Shown here piece by piece: positions 21,424-30,890 of a stretch of 64,000 nucleotides of DNA. The DNA is taken from NCBI GenBank assembly GCA_016235665.1, contig JACRJI010000012.1, positions 218,543-282,542 on the forward strand, read 5' to 3'. The translations under genes and the position numbers were made by a program. Below the pieces are notes generated by a model. That model worked only from the letters and a program-made list of their open reading frames with translations, searched no databases and was not told the DNA's origin. Each line of letters starts with the position of its first letter. The stretch's first letter is position 1. The DNA is from a candidate division TA06 bacterium. GTDB taxonomy: Bacteria; Edwardsbacteria; AC1; EtOH8.

Positions 21424-23028
21424 TTAAATGTATAGTTTGGACGTGTTCCACCTGACGGTGATCCAGTCAAAGATCAATCTGGTGACCACTACGGCGGTGA
21501 ACATAGACACCAACAGGCCGATGATCAGCGAAACGGCGAATCCTTTGACCGGACCGGTCCCGAACCACAGCAGGGCCACCGAAGAGAAGAAGACCGTGGC
21601 GTTGGAATCCAAAATGGTGGTGAAGGCCTTGTCGTATCCGGCCTCGATGGCCGCCCGGACCGTTTTACCGGCCAGGATCTCCTCGCGGATGCGCTCGAAT
21701 ATCAGCACGTAGGTGTCAACCGCCATGCCGATGGTCAACGCCACGCCGGCGATGCCGGGCAGGGTCAGGGTGAAGCGGAAGGCGGCCATCACCGCCAGCA
21801 GTAGCACTGCATTCAGGCCCAGGGCCATCACGGCTATCAGCCCGCTCAGGCTGTAATAGGCGATCAGGAACAGGATCACGGCCGCGCCGCCGATCAGGGT
21901 GGCCTTCATGCCGTTGGAGATGGAATCCAGTCCCAGGGTCGGGCCCACCGAACGTTCTTCGATGATCTCCACCGGGGCTGGCAGGGCGCCGGCCCGCAGG
22001 ATGATGGCCAGGTCTTTGGCCTGGTCGGGATTGGAGGAGGTGCCCAAGGTGATCTGCCCCCGCCCGTTGGGGATCCGCTCCTGGATGACCGGGGCCGACT
22101 TGACCACGCCGTCCAGCACGATGGCCAGCCGCCGTTTGACGTTGGCCGCGGTGACCCGGGAGAAGAGGGTGGCCGCCTGGCGCACCAGCACAAAGTCCAC
22201 ATAAAGCCCGCCGGGATTGTCGGCCGTGCCCACGCCCATCCTGGCCTCGGCCAGGGAGGCCCCGGTGATCTCGGGCTGTTTCTTCATCATATATAGCGGA
22301 TAGCCCCGGAAGTTCTCGCCGCTGCTCTTCTCTCCCCACAGGAACTGGTAGTCCGGGGGGATGGCCGCTATCACCAGGGGATCGGCCAGCAGTTTTTCCA
22401 CCAGGGGCTTGTCCTGCTCCATCACCATCAGTTCGCTGCCGGTGGGGGCCAAAAGCGCGCTGAATGGCTTGTCCTCAAGTCCCAGCATGGCGCTGTCGGA
22501 GACGGTCTTCCGGGTCTTGTCGGACAGCAGGGCCTTGTCTATCCTATCCAGCACCTCCATGGTCACCTTGTCCTCCTGGACCAGCTTGAATTCCAGCAGG
22601 GCGGTGGTCCCGATCAGGCCCCGGGCCCGGTCCTTGTCCACCCCCGGCAGCTGGACCACTATCCGGTCGCTGCCCTGTTTCTGAATGGAGGGCTCGGCCA
22701 CGCCGAACTGGTCAACCCGGTTGTTGATGATCTCCAGCGCCCGGTCGGTGGCGTCGGACATCTCCTTTTCGGTAACATCGGCCGGTTCCTTGCCCATGGC
22801 CTTGGCCAGGCCCTTGCGGTTGATCTCCATCACCAGGTGCATGCCGCCCTTAAGGTCCAGGCCCAGGTGGATGGCCTTGGTGTAAAGCCGGTTCAGCTCC
22901 TCGCGGGGCATTTCGGCCTTCTGGGTCTCGGTCAAACCCTGCAGCTTGAATGTGGGGATCAGCTGCCAGACGGCCGCCGCCAAAAGTACCACAGTAAGCA
23001 AGGCTTTCCAAAGATTGGCTTTTCTCAT
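21424..23028 (-). CDS. secD: Protein translocase subunit SecD
   Basis: LGLDLKGG, RVDQFGVAEP, RIVVQLPG, AIVLDG, GALPAP, VGPTLG and GMAVD motifs. Confidence 0.97.
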   Translation of the reverse strand: MRKANLWKALLTVVLLAAAVWQLIPTFKLQGLTETQKAEMPREELNRLYTKAIHLGLDLKGGMHLVMEINRKGLAKAMGKEPADVTEKEMSDATDRALEIINNRVDQFGVAEPSIQKQGSDRIVVQLPGVDKDRARGLIGTTALLEFKLVQEDKVTMEVLDRIDKALLSDKTRKTVSDSAMLGLEDKPFSALLAPTGSELMVMEQDKPLVEKLLADPLVIAAIPPDYQFLWGEKSSGENFRGYPLYMMKKQPEITGASLAEARMGVGTADNPGGLYVDFVLVRQAATLFSRVTAANVKRRLAIVLDGVVKSAPVIQERIPNGRGQITLGTSSNPDQAKDLAIILRAGALPAPVEIIEERSVGPTLGLDSISNGMKATLIGGAAVILFLIAYYSLSGLIAVMALGLNAVLLLAVMAAFRFTLTLPGIAGVALTIGMAVDTYVLIFERIREEILAGKTVRAAIEAGYDKAFTTILDSNATVFFSSVALLWFGTGPVKGFAVSLIIGLLVSMFTAVVVTRLIFDWITVRWNTSKLYI

Positions 23029-23089
23029 CGCCTTAAACTAAGCTCCTATCCTTAAGTGATAATGATTGTATTTTTGACAGTAAACCATT

Positions 23090-23119
23090 ATTTTAGCCTA
23101 AATTACAAGGTCTTGTCAA
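23090..23119 (-). promoter_or_regulatory. sigma70 promoter of secDF
   Basis: Minus strand TTGACA (23119-23114), 18 bp, TAAAAT (23095-23090). Confidence 0.55.
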
Positions 23120-23146
23120 GTATAATCGGACATTTCCATTTTACCA

Positions 23147-23175
23147 TTGACATCCCAAATTTATCGTGATATTCT
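23147..23175 (+). promoter_or_regulatory. sigma70 promoter about 500 bp upstream of tdh
   Basis: TTGACA (23147-23152), 17 bp, TG-extended TATTCT (23170-23175). Confidence 0.6.
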
Positions 23176-23256
23176 TAGGCCGGATCCGGGATATAAGGGT
23201 TGACCGGACCGCAACCTGCCGGGCAAAAATTGAAAATACTTACAAATGCCTACATA

Positions 23257-23520
23257 TTCTTTTTCTTTTTTGTGCCGCCAACTAAGAAAAAGAACCAAAA
23301 AGCCACGCCTTTGGCGGGCCCCGCATTATTAATGCCATTGTGGCGGGGAAAAAGCTCGTCGCTTAAAACTCTCCGGGCCACGCTTACGCCCTGCCTACGT
23401 ATAGCTTCGGCGGGCAAGCAGGGCTTCAGCGGGCCCGCGCTGCGCTTCTCGTTGCCGGCGGGCTTGTCTGAACTCGGGTTTTGGCTAAGCCCTCAAACAT
23501 GCAGACAAGCTTTTTCCGCC
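23257..23520. mobile_element. MITE/REP-like multi-hairpin element in the tdh leader
   Basis: Inverted repeats TTCTTTTTCTT/AAGAAAAAGAA (23257-23294), GGCGGGGAAAAAGCT/AGCTTTTTCCGCC (23342-23520) and GCTTGTCTG/CAGACAAGC (23462-23510); internal ATAGCTTCGGCGG motif. Confidence 0.55.
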
Positions 23521-23681
23521 ATCAACTGCGATGCTCGCTGATCGTGATTCGATAAACTCATCACAAGTTTTTAACGCGACAACCGGGGTTGGTAAGTATT
23601 GTTCCCCGTGTGTCCTGAGCTGATTGGATAAGCATTTACTTACAATATCATAAAATCATTTAAAATTTGAGGAGGGATCAA

Positions 23682-24713
23682 ATGCGCGCCCTGGTAAAAA
23701 ACGAGCGGGCACCGGGCCTGACGATGATGGACGTACCCCTGCCGGAGATGGGACCCAACGATGTGCTTATCCGCATTCACAAATCCGCTATTTGCGGCAC
23801 CGACATGCATATCTGGAACTGGGACCCATGGGCCCAGAAGACCATTCCCGTTCCGATGCATGTGGGGCACGAATACGTGGGGGTCATTGAAAAAGTAGGC
23901 AGCGCCGTCACCGGGTACAAGGGGGGCGAGCGGGTGACGGGCGAGGGCCATCTGGTTTGCGGCCATTGCCGCAATTGCCGGGCGGGCAAGCGCCATCTCT
24001 GCCCCAACACCACCGGCGTCGGCGTCAACCGGCCGGGATCGTTCGCTGAATATCTGGCCATCCCGGCGGAGAACGTCTTTCCGGTGCCGGACAGCATCCC
24101 CGACGAGGTGGTCTCGATCTTCGATCCTTACGGCAACGCGGCCCATACCGCGCTCTCCTTCGACATGGTGGGGGAGGACGTGCTGATCACCGGGGCCGGC
24201 CCCATCGGCATCATGGCCGTGGCCATCGCCCGGCATGTGGGGGCCTGCAATGTGGTGATCACAGACGTCAATGATTACCGCCTGGACCTGGCCAAGAAGC
24301 TGGGGGCCACCCGGGCCGTGAATGTGGCCAGGGAAGACCTGAAGACGGTGATGCGCGACCTGGGGATGACCGAGGGATTTGACGTGGGACTGGAGATGTC
24401 GGGCAACGGAGCCGCCTTCCGCAGCATGCTTGATGCCATGCTCAACGGAGGGCGCATAGCGATGCTGGGGATCATGGGCGAGAACGAGGCCATCGACTGG
24501 GGCAAGGTCATATTCAAAGGCCTGTTCCTGAAGGGCATCTACGGCCGGGAGATGTACGAGACCTGGTACAAGATGACCGCTATGATCCGCTCGGGGCTGG
24601 ATATCAGCCCGGTCATCACCCACCGTTTTCCCATAGAGGAGTTCAAATCGGGGTTCGAGGTCATGGGCAGCGGCAGATCAGGCAAGGTTGTTTTGGACTG
24701 GGGGGTGAAATAA
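23682..24713 (+). CDS. tdh: L-threonine 3-dehydrogenase
   Basis: [14 protein letters not shown], structural Zn CxxCxxC...[18 protein letters not shown] motifs. Start at ATG 23682 with GGAGG SD. Confidence 0.96.
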   Translation: MRALVKNERAPGLTMMDVPLPEMGPNDVLIRIHKSAICGTDMHIWNWDPWAQKTIPVPMHVGHEYVGVIEKVGSAVTGYKGGERVTGEGHLVCGHCRNCRAGKRHLCPNTTGVGVNRPGSFAEYLAIPAENVFPVPDSIPDEVVSIFDPYGNAAHTALSFDMVGEDVLITGAGPIGIMAVAIARHVGACNVVITDVNDYRLDLAKKLGATRAVNVAREDLKTVMRDLGMTEGFDVGLEMSGNGAAFRSMLDAMLNGGRIAMLGIMGENEAIDWGKVIFKGLFLKGIYGREMYETWYKMTAMIRSGLDISPVITHRFPIEEFKSGFEVMGSGRSGKVVLDWGVK

Positions 24714-24822
24714 GCACCCGCCTGTTAGAGCCAAAGGACTAAGCCAAGGGCTTTGACGCGGACAAGAAGAGGATGAAATCATAACAGCTCTTCTTGATAA
24801 GATAGAAATGGTCGAAGTTGGA

Positions 24823-24860
24823 ACATTCAAACGCCCCGGCTTTCCGGGGCGTTTGAATGT
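24823..24860. terminator. Perfect 17-bp hairpin between tdh and satP
   Basis: ACATTCAAACGCCCCGG-CTTT-CCGGGGCGTTTGAATGT. Confidence 0.7.
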
Positions 24861-24979
24861 CTTATATTATTGCATTAAAGCCGATATTTTGGTATCATTA
24901 AGAATTATATCCTTTCAATTATCCCGGCATTAAAACAAAACAAATATAACCATTAATCTAATCATTCAGGAGACGCTGC

Positions 24980-25567
24980 ATGGACAACGCCACCAGGATC
25001 CAGGACACCACCGCCAATCCCGCCCCCCTCGGACTGATGGGTTTCGGCATGACCACCATATTGCTAAACCTTCACAATGCCGGGTTCTTCGGCCTGGACA
25101 GCGCCATTCTGGCCATGGGCCTGTTCTACGGCGGCATCACCCAGCTGATAGTCGGCATCATGGAATGGAAGAAGGGCAACACTTTCGGCACGGTAGCCTT
25201 CACCTCTTACGGAGCCTTCTGGATCACCCTGGTGGGCCTGATGGTGATGCCCAAGCTGGGCTGGACCGAGGCCCCGTCAGCGGCCTCCATGGCCAGCTAT
25301 CTCTCGGTCTGGGGTTTCTTCTCGTTCCTATTGTTCATCGGCACCCTCAGGCTGAACAAGGCCCTGCAGCTGGTGTTCGGGACCCTGGTGGTCCTGTTCT
25401 TCCTGCTGGCGGCGGGCAAGGCCACCGGGAATGCCGCCATCCTTACCTTTGCCGGGTACGAGGGCATCGTCTGCGGTCTGTTGGCCATGTACGCCGCCGC
25501 CGCCCAGGTCTTCAACGAGATGCACGGGAAAGTGGTGCTGCCGCTGGGCCCTGTCAAGGTTTCCTAA
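24980..25567 (+). CDS. satP: Acetate uptake transporter, SatP/GPR1/FUN34/YaaH family
   Basis: Signature [23 protein letters not shown] and SYGAFW motifs; six hydrophobic segments. Confidence 0.95.
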   Translation: MDNATRIQDTTANPAPLGLMGFGMTTILLNLHNAGFFGLDSAILAMGLFYGGITQLIVGIMEWKKGNTFGTVAFTSYGAFWITLVGLMVMPKLGWTEAPSAASMASYLSVWGFFSFLLFIGTLRLNKALQLVFGTLVVLFFLLAAGKATGNAAILTFAGYEGIVCGLLAMYAAAAQVFNEMHGKVVLPLGPVKVS

Positions 25568-25580
25568 CTGGTTCCTGCCT

Positions 25581-25683
25581 GGCTTCGACTGAACCGGTGG
25601 TTGAGTGCCCCGCCGGGCTTCGATATGGCCTCCAATCACTCAGCCATCGGCGGGGTGTATCGAAACCACCGGTGCTCAGCCAA
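25581..25683. repeat. Nested (three-layer) palindromic element
   Basis: GGCTTCGACTG...GCTCAGCC enclosing ACCGGTGGTT/AACCACCGGT enclosing CCCCGCCG/CGGCGGGG. Confidence 0.7.
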
Positions 25684-25709
25684 CGGCAGGAAGTATCTAG
25701 TGACATCAG

Positions 25710-25738
25710 TTGACTTTGAAATTCACAGATGCTATAAT
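25710..25738 (+). promoter_or_regulatory. sigma70 promoter of acpS (and probably acs-carrier-kbl)
   Basis: TTGACT (25710-25715), 17 bp, TG-extended TATAAT (25733-25738). Confidence 0.8.
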
Positions 25739-25756
25739 TTTTTACTGGTAACCAAG

Positions 25757-26125
25757 ATGGTGATCGGCATCGGGGCAGATATCGTGGCGGTGGACCGGTT
25801 CAGAACGCTTAAGGACAAGGAGGAATTCCTGGCCCAGGTCTTTTTGCCCGAGGAACTGTCCCGCGCACCCAAGGCAAACCGGGACCGGTTCTACGCCTCG
25901 CTGTTCGCCGTCAAGGAGTCGGTCTTAAAGGCCCTGGGATGCGGCCTGAGCCGGGGGTCTTTCTGGCACGATATACGGATCTCCAAGGACATGCGGGCAG
26001 TCATCACCGGACCCCTGATGAGGTTTGTACCGGATGGTTCAAACCCGGACATCATGGTCAGCCATTCCAGCACCCGGGAATACGCCACGGCCTATGTAAT
26101 AATTGAAACTAAAACCAATAAATGA
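25757..26125 (+). CDS. acpS: Holo-[acyl-carrier-protein] synthase (4'-phosphopantetheinyl transferase)
   Basis: IGIGADIV, FAVKESVLKALG and VSHSS..YATAYV motifs. Start at ATG 25757 because the track's upstream start runs through the promoter. Confidence 0.9.
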   Translation: MVIGIGADIVAVDRFRTLKDKEEFLAQVFLPEELSRAPKANRDRFYASLFAVKESVLKALGCGLSRGSFWHDIRISKDMRAVITGPLMRFVPDGSNPDIMVSHSSTREYATAYVIIETKTNK

Positions 26126-26129
26126 CTCT

Positions 26130-26226
26130 TACCACGGAAACACTGAATTTACGGAATAATTATGCAGGTGCATTTTAATGTATTGCATTTTTCCGGTTTT
26201 TCTTTTCTTTCCGTGGTTCTGTGGTA
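26130..26226. repeat. CCAC(A/G)GA-type inverted-repeat element
   Basis: TACCACGGAAACACTGAA versus the reverse complement of TTCCGTGGTTCTGTGGTA (15/18 match). Confidence 0.65.
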
Positions 26227-26277
26227 GGTTTCCTAAATAATCCAAAGGAATAAAAATATTAACTTGGGAGAAACGGC

Positions 26278-27978
26278 ATGAGCAACATCGGTTCCTACGA
26301 GGATCGTTACAAGAGCTTCGACTGGAAACTTTCGGAACAGGAGCTGGAGTACGGAAAGAACGGGCAGTACAACATAGGTTATTACTGCAGCGACCGGATC
26401 TGCGAAAAGGGTTTTGGCTCAAAGCTGGCCCTGATCTGGGAGGGGTTCACCGGCGAGATCAAGAAATACACCTACGACGACATCCGGGCTTACAGCAACA
26501 CCACCGCCAAATTCCTGCAGGACCAGGGGGTCAAGCCGGGCGACCGGGTCTGCCTGTTCATGGACAAGATCCCCGAGCTCTACATCTGCTTCCTGGGCAT
26601 CTTAAAGATGGGGGCCATAGCCCAGCCGCTGTTCTCGGCCTTCGGCGAAGAGTCCCTGATCACCAGGCTGGACGACGCCAAGACCAAGGCGGTGCTGACC
26701 ACTCGTAAACACGTGGGCAAGGTCCGCCGGATCCGCAAGGACCTGCCGGAGCTGGCCACCATCATCATCGTGGACGCCGACGACAAGCCGCTGAACGCCG
26801 GGGAGGCCGCCTTTGCCATGGAAAAACTTCCCCGGGTGGAAAAGTTCGACATCGTAAAAGTTGAGCCCGAGACCCCCTCGGTGCTGCACTACACCTCGGG
26901 CACCACCGGAAAGCCCAAGGGGGCCCAGCACGTCCACAATTCTTTGGTGGCCCAGTACATCACCGCCAAGTGGGTGCTGGATCTGAAACCGGAGGACATC
27001 TACTGGTGCACCGCCGATCCCGGCTGGGTCACCGGCACCTCCTACGGCATCATCGGGCCCTGGGCCAACGGGGTCACCCAGGTGGTGCTGGACGCCGGTT
27101 TCAGCGCCCAGAACTGGTACACCTTCATCGAGAAGATGAAGGTCACCATGTGGTACTCGGCCCCCACCGCCATCCGGATGCTGATGAAGGAGGGGGTGGA
27201 GGCGGTCAAGAAGCACAACCTCTCCACTCTCCGCCACCTGTGCAGCGTGGGCGAGCCGCTGAACGCCGAGGCCGTGATCTGGTCGGAGAAGGCCTTCGGC
27301 CAGCCGTTCTACGACACCTTCTGGCAGACCGAGACCGGGGCCATGATGATCTGCAACTATCCCGGGATGAAGGTCAAGCCCGGCTCCATGGGCAAGCCCT
27401 TCCCCGGCATCACCGCCACCGTGGTCAACCCCAAGACCTTCGAGCCGGTGAACCATCCCGGCACCGTGGGGCTGATAGCCTTCAAGCCCGGCTGGCCCTC
27501 CATGATGCGGGCCTACTGGAACAACAAGGAGACCTACGACGGCAAGTTCAAGAACGGCTGGTACCTTTCGGGCGACCGCTCCAGCATCGACGCCGACGGC
27601 TACTACTGGTTCGTGGGACGGGATGACGATGTCATCAACACCGCCGGCCACCTGGTGGGGCCGTTCGAGATCGAGTCCGCATTGCTGGAACACCCGGCGG
27701 TGGCCGAGTCGGCCGCGGTGGGCAAGCCAGACCCCCTGAACATGGAGGTGGTCAAGGCCTTCATCGCCCTCAAGCCGGGCTTCAAGGCCGACAGCGACCT
27801 GGAGATGGACATCATGAACTTCATCCGCAAGAAGCTGTCGCCTTTAGCCATGCCCCAGGAGATAGAGTTCATGGCCTCGATGCCCAAGACCCGGAGCGGA
27901 AAGATTATGCGCCGGATGCTGCGGGCCAAGGAGTGGGGCGAGGAGATCGGAGACATAAGCACCCTGGAAAACGACTAG
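26278..27978 (+). CDS. acsA: AMP-forming acetate ligase (short AcsA-type acetate--CoA ligase; possibly acetate--carrier-protein ligase)
   Basis: YTSGTTGKPKG P-loop, DPGWVTG, SVGEPLN, DTFWQTETG, GRDDD and KTRSGKIMRR motifs. Confidence 0.9.
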   Translation: MSNIGSYEDRYKSFDWKLSEQELEYGKNGQYNIGYYCSDRICEKGFGSKLALIWEGFTGEIKKYTYDDIRAYSNTTAKFLQDQGVKPGDRVCLFMDKIPELYICFLGILKMGAIAQPLFSAFGEESLITRLDDAKTKAVLTTRKHVGKVRRIRKDLPELATIIIVDADDKPLNAGEAAFAMEKLPRVEKFDIVKVEPETPSVLHYTSGTTGKPKGAQHVHNSLVAQYITAKWVLDLKPEDIYWCTADPGWVTGTSYGIIGPWANGVTQVVLDAGFSAQNWYTFIEKMKVTMWYSAPTAIRMLMKEGVEAVKKHNLSTLRHLCSVGEPLNAEAVIWSEKAFGQPFYDTFWQTETGAMMICNYPGMKVKPGSMGKPFPGITATVVNPKTFEPVNHPGTVGLIAFKPGWPSMMRAYWNNKETYDGKFKNGWYLSGDRSSIDADGYYWFVGRDDDVINTAGHLVGPFEIESALLEHPAVAESAAVGKPDPLNMEVVKAFIALKPGFKADSDLEMDIMNFIRKKLSPLAMPQEIEFMASMPKTRSGKIMRRMLRAKEWGEEIGDISTLEND

Positions 27979-27989
27979 GAACGTGAACC

Positions 27990-28167
27990 ATCCGCAGATT
28001 ACGCAGATTGCCGCAGATAACTCTTATTTAAAAGCGGATGTATCTGTGAAGCTGGGATAGGCCGGAAAACATCGCTAAATAAAACGATCCACGGATTATG
28101 GCAGTGAGTCACGGATGGCAGTTAAATTTGAAAAATAAATCTGTGTTAATCTGTAAAATCTGCGGAT
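27990..28167. repeat. CAGATT decamer-periodic inverted-repeat element
   Basis: ATCCGCAGATTACGCAGATTGCCGCAGAT ... AATCTGTGTTAATCTGTAAAATCTGCGGAT. Confidence 0.8.
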
Positions 28168-28202
28168 AAAGATAACAATCGCCCAAAACTAAGGAGACTA
28201 CA

Positions 28203-28460
28203 ATGTCAGACGAAATCAAGAAAATGATCATCGAATACGTCAAAAAAGAGTACCTGGACGAGGATTCAGACACGGAGATCAAGGAAGACACCAAGTTGAT
28301 CTCCAGCGGCATCGTGGACTCGTTCTCCATGGTCTCTTTGAAGACCTACCTGGAAAAGAAGTTCCAGATCAAGCTGCCGGACGAGGACGCCACCCCCGAG
28401 GCCTTCGACTCGGTCAACAACATCATCGAGCTGATCAGGAAATTCGGAGCCAAGGTCTAA
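28203..28460 (+). CDS. Stand-alone acyl/aminoacyl carrier protein (DltC-like, not FAS AcpP-like)
   Basis: 85 aa, acidic; GIVDSFSM phosphopantetheine site; F.SV..I C-terminal motif; SD AAGGAG. Confidence 0.9.
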   Translation: MSDEIKKMIIEYVKKEYLDEDSDTEIKEDTKLISSGIVDSFSMVSLKTYLEKKFQIKLPDEDATPEAFDSVNNIIELIRKFGAKV

Positions 28461-28471
28461 ACTTAATTACT

Positions 28472-28506
28472 AATTCAAAATTCTGAATTCGAAATTCAGT
28501 ATTCAG
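28472..28506. repeat. Heptamer tandem repeat
   Basis: AATTCAA AATTCTG AATTCGA AATTCAG TATTCAG. Confidence 0.7.
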
Positions 28507-28523
28507 ATTATAAGGGAGGTAAG

Positions 28524-29771
28524 ATGGCCTACAGTTCCAAAGCCAGGGATTTCTATTCCGGAGAACTCCAGGGGATGAAGGACAAGGGGATCTTCAAGGA
28601 AGAACGATACATCCAGTCGCCCCAAGCCGCCAGTATCAAGGTGGAATACCCCAAGGGGGCCGAGCCCAAGCAGGTGCTGAACTTCTGCGCCAACAACTAC
28701 CTGGGGCTTTCCAGCCACCCCGACGTGGTCAAGGCGGCCCACGAGGCCCTGGATTCCCGGGGCTACGGGCTGTCCTCGGTCCGCTTCATCTGCGGCACCC
28801 AGGACATCCACAACGAGCTGGAGATCAAGATGAGCGAGTTCCTGGGCATGGAGGGCACCTGCCTGTTCCCCTCCTGCATGGAAGCCAACGCCGGGCTGTT
28901 CGACGTGGTGCTCTCGCCCGAGGACGCCATGATCTCGGACCGGCTGGTCCACGCCTCCATCGTCGACGGGCTGAAGCTGTGCAAGGCCCAGATGTTCAAC
29001 TACAAGCACAACAGCATGTCCCACCTGGAGGAGAAACTGCAGGAGGCCCAGAGCTGCCGCCTGCGGATGATCATCACCGACGGGGTGTTCTCCATGGACG
29101 GCGACATCGCGCCCCTGGATAAGATCTGCGACCTGGCCGACAAGTATGATGCCATGGTGATGGTGGACGACTCCCACGCCACCGGATTCATCGGCAAGAC
29201 CGGCCGGGGCACCCACGAGTACCACAATGTGATGAAGCGGGTGGACATCATCACCACCACCTTCGGCAAGGGTTTGGGCGGCGCCACCGGCGGCTCGGTC
29301 AGCGGACCGAAGGAGATCGCCGAGATGTGCCGGCAGCGGGCCCGTCCCTACCTGTTCTCCAACACCATGCCCCCGGCGGTGGTGGCCGGATCGCTGAAGG
29401 TGCTGGAGATCCTCTCCAAATCCACCGACCGCAGGGACAAGCTGGAGAAGAACACCGCCTACTGGAGGGCAGGCCTGACCAAGGCCGGTTTCGACCTGAA
29501 GCAGGGCGACACCCCCATCGTCCCGGTGATGCTGTACAACGCCAAGCTGGCCCAGGACATCGCCCGCGACCTGTACCACGAGGGGATCTACGTGACGGGC
29601 TTCTTCTTCCCGGTGGTGGCCCAGGGCCAGGCCCGGATAAGGACCCAGATCTCGGCCGGACATGAGATGGAGCATTTGGACAAGGCCCTGGCGGCCTTTA
29701 CCAAGATCGGCCAGAAGTACGGGATCCTGGGGCTGAAGAAGGACGAGATCATAGCCAAGTACGGGCTGTAG
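28524..29771 (+). CDS. kbl: Glycine C-acetyltransferase (2-amino-3-ketobutyrate ligase) paralog 1, divergent
   Basis: NFCANNYLGLS, SVRFICGTQ, TDGVFSMDG, DDSHA, TFGKGLGG (PLP Lys) and ARIRTQIS motifs. Confidence 0.9.
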   Translation: MAYSSKARDFYSGELQGMKDKGIFKEERYIQSPQAASIKVEYPKGAEPKQVLNFCANNYLGLSSHPDVVKAAHEALDSRGYGLSSVRFICGTQDIHNELEIKMSEFLGMEGTCLFPSCMEANAGLFDVVLSPEDAMISDRLVHASIVDGLKLCKAQMFNYKHNSMSHLEEKLQEAQSCRLRMIITDGVFSMDGDIAPLDKICDLADKYDAMVMVDDSHATGFIGKTGRGTHEYHNVMKRVDIITTTFGKGLGGATGGSVSGPKEIAEMCRQRARPYLFSNTMPPAVVAGSLKVLEILSKSTDRRDKLEKNTAYWRAGLTKAGFDLKQGDTPIVPVMLYNAKLAQDIARDLYHEGIYVTGFFFPVVAQGQARIRTQISAGHEMEHLDKALAAFTKIGQKYGILGLKKDEIIAKYGL

Positions 29772-29779
29772 GATTCCCC

Positions 29780-30003
29780 ATCCGCAGATGACGCAGATCA
29801 TCGCAGATTATACAATTATATTGGCTTACGTGTCATTGCGAGAAGGCCCAGTAGTTGACGAGTGAAGCAATCTAGACTATAATACAAGCCGTAATTTAGA
29901 GAGTTAATCCGCCGAAGCTGCCTAGGCCTATGCGTAGGAGGATAACAATGCGGCGGGAAGGGATTTAACTCCCGTCCCGCCGTTTGTGCTTACTTATGTT
30001 GGC
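29780..30003. repeat. Stack of four different palindromic/repeat motifs
   Basis: CCGCAGAT triplet (29780-29810); GTCATTGCGAG...GAAGCAATCT (29832-29873); ATCCGCCGAAGC...GCGTAGGAGGAT (29907-29943); GGCGGGA/TCCCGCC hairpin ending in GTTGGC (29952-30003). Confidence 0.7.
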
Positions 30004-30098
30004 AATCTTTAGTATTAATGGTTACTATCCTATGATGAGCTTAAACAATAATGTTGTTAATATTACATTTACAACAGATATTGAGGTTAGGAGACAGT

Positions 30099-30770
30099 AT
30101 GAGTCTTAAAAATATTATTCCGAAAAATGTTGTTCCGAACGTTTGGGATAAAACATTAGTTATTGCTAATATTGTTCTTGTTGTTGTCACCGCTGCTTAT
30201 ATGCTGTTGACCGGTTGCATGGTTGATGAAATGAAAAGGCAGAATACAATGCAACGTCAAGCGTATTTAACATCGTTGTGTCCGTATCTGTTTTATGATG
30301 CGGATTCCATTAATGTTACTAAAACAAAGATAGAAGGCAAAGAGATTATAACGTTTTTTAGTGCGTGCCATCTTAATAATGAGGGCAACACACCGGCCGA
30401 GATTGTTTTAAAATCAGAAAGTTTATATAAGTACGGTATGGATAGCCTCAATTTAAGAGATACAATACTAATAAATTTTTCAAAAATTGAGGAAGCGAAA
30501 GAGTCTTTTTTCCCCAACTATATAGCACCACATAAATCTTTTCATTATTATATTCAGAAAAAAATTAACAATAACGATTACAGCATAGATAAAAATGGAA
30601 TAACATTTTTGCACATTCTAATTATTTACCGTGATAATTTCAATTCCTATCATGATATATATTTCATATCAAAAATATCGTTAACCAATAAGGTACAATA
30701 TATGCCAACTACTGATTTGCATGATTACACAGAAAGTGAAATAAAGTATATATTGAAACGCTTGCATTAA
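30099..30770 (+). CDS. AT-rich hypothetical membrane-anchored protein, probably horizontally acquired
   Basis: N-terminal TM then a beta-rich domain; composition is visibly far more AT-rich than the flanks; SD AGGAG before ATG 30099. Confidence 0.7.
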   Translation: MSLKNIIPKNVVPNVWDKTLVIANIVLVVVTAAYMLLTGCMVDEMKRQNTMQRQAYLTSLCPYLFYDADSINVTKTKIEGKEIITFFSACHLNNEGNTPAEIVLKSESLYKYGMDSLNLRDTILINFSKIEEAKESFFPNYIAPHKSFHYYIQKKINNNDYSIDKNGITFLHILIIYRDNFNSYHDIYFISKISLTNKVQYMPTTDLHDYTESEIKYILKRLH

Positions 30771-30890
30771 AATTGATAAAATAATGTAAACGCATATCTT
30801 TATATTTTACAAAATCAATAGGCAGAACCGATTCCATTTGTTTAACTTTTTTCTTTCACATATAACACAAGGGGTAATCACCGACTCATC

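Noticed and set aside
23360-23385. Glycine riboswitch upstream of tdh (AAAACTCTCCGGG resembles AACUCUCAGG)
   Set aside because: The other conserved aptamer segments are not recognisable and the motif sits inside the MITE-like inverted repeat.
23200-23541. 113-aa ORF in the tdh leader
   Set aside because: TTG start, low-complexity product, and it is fully explained as a reading frame through the palindromic element.
27990-28167. Short repeats as a possible CRISPR array
   Set aside because: The units are ~10-bp adjacent tandem copies with an inverted partner, with no unique spacers and no cas genes.
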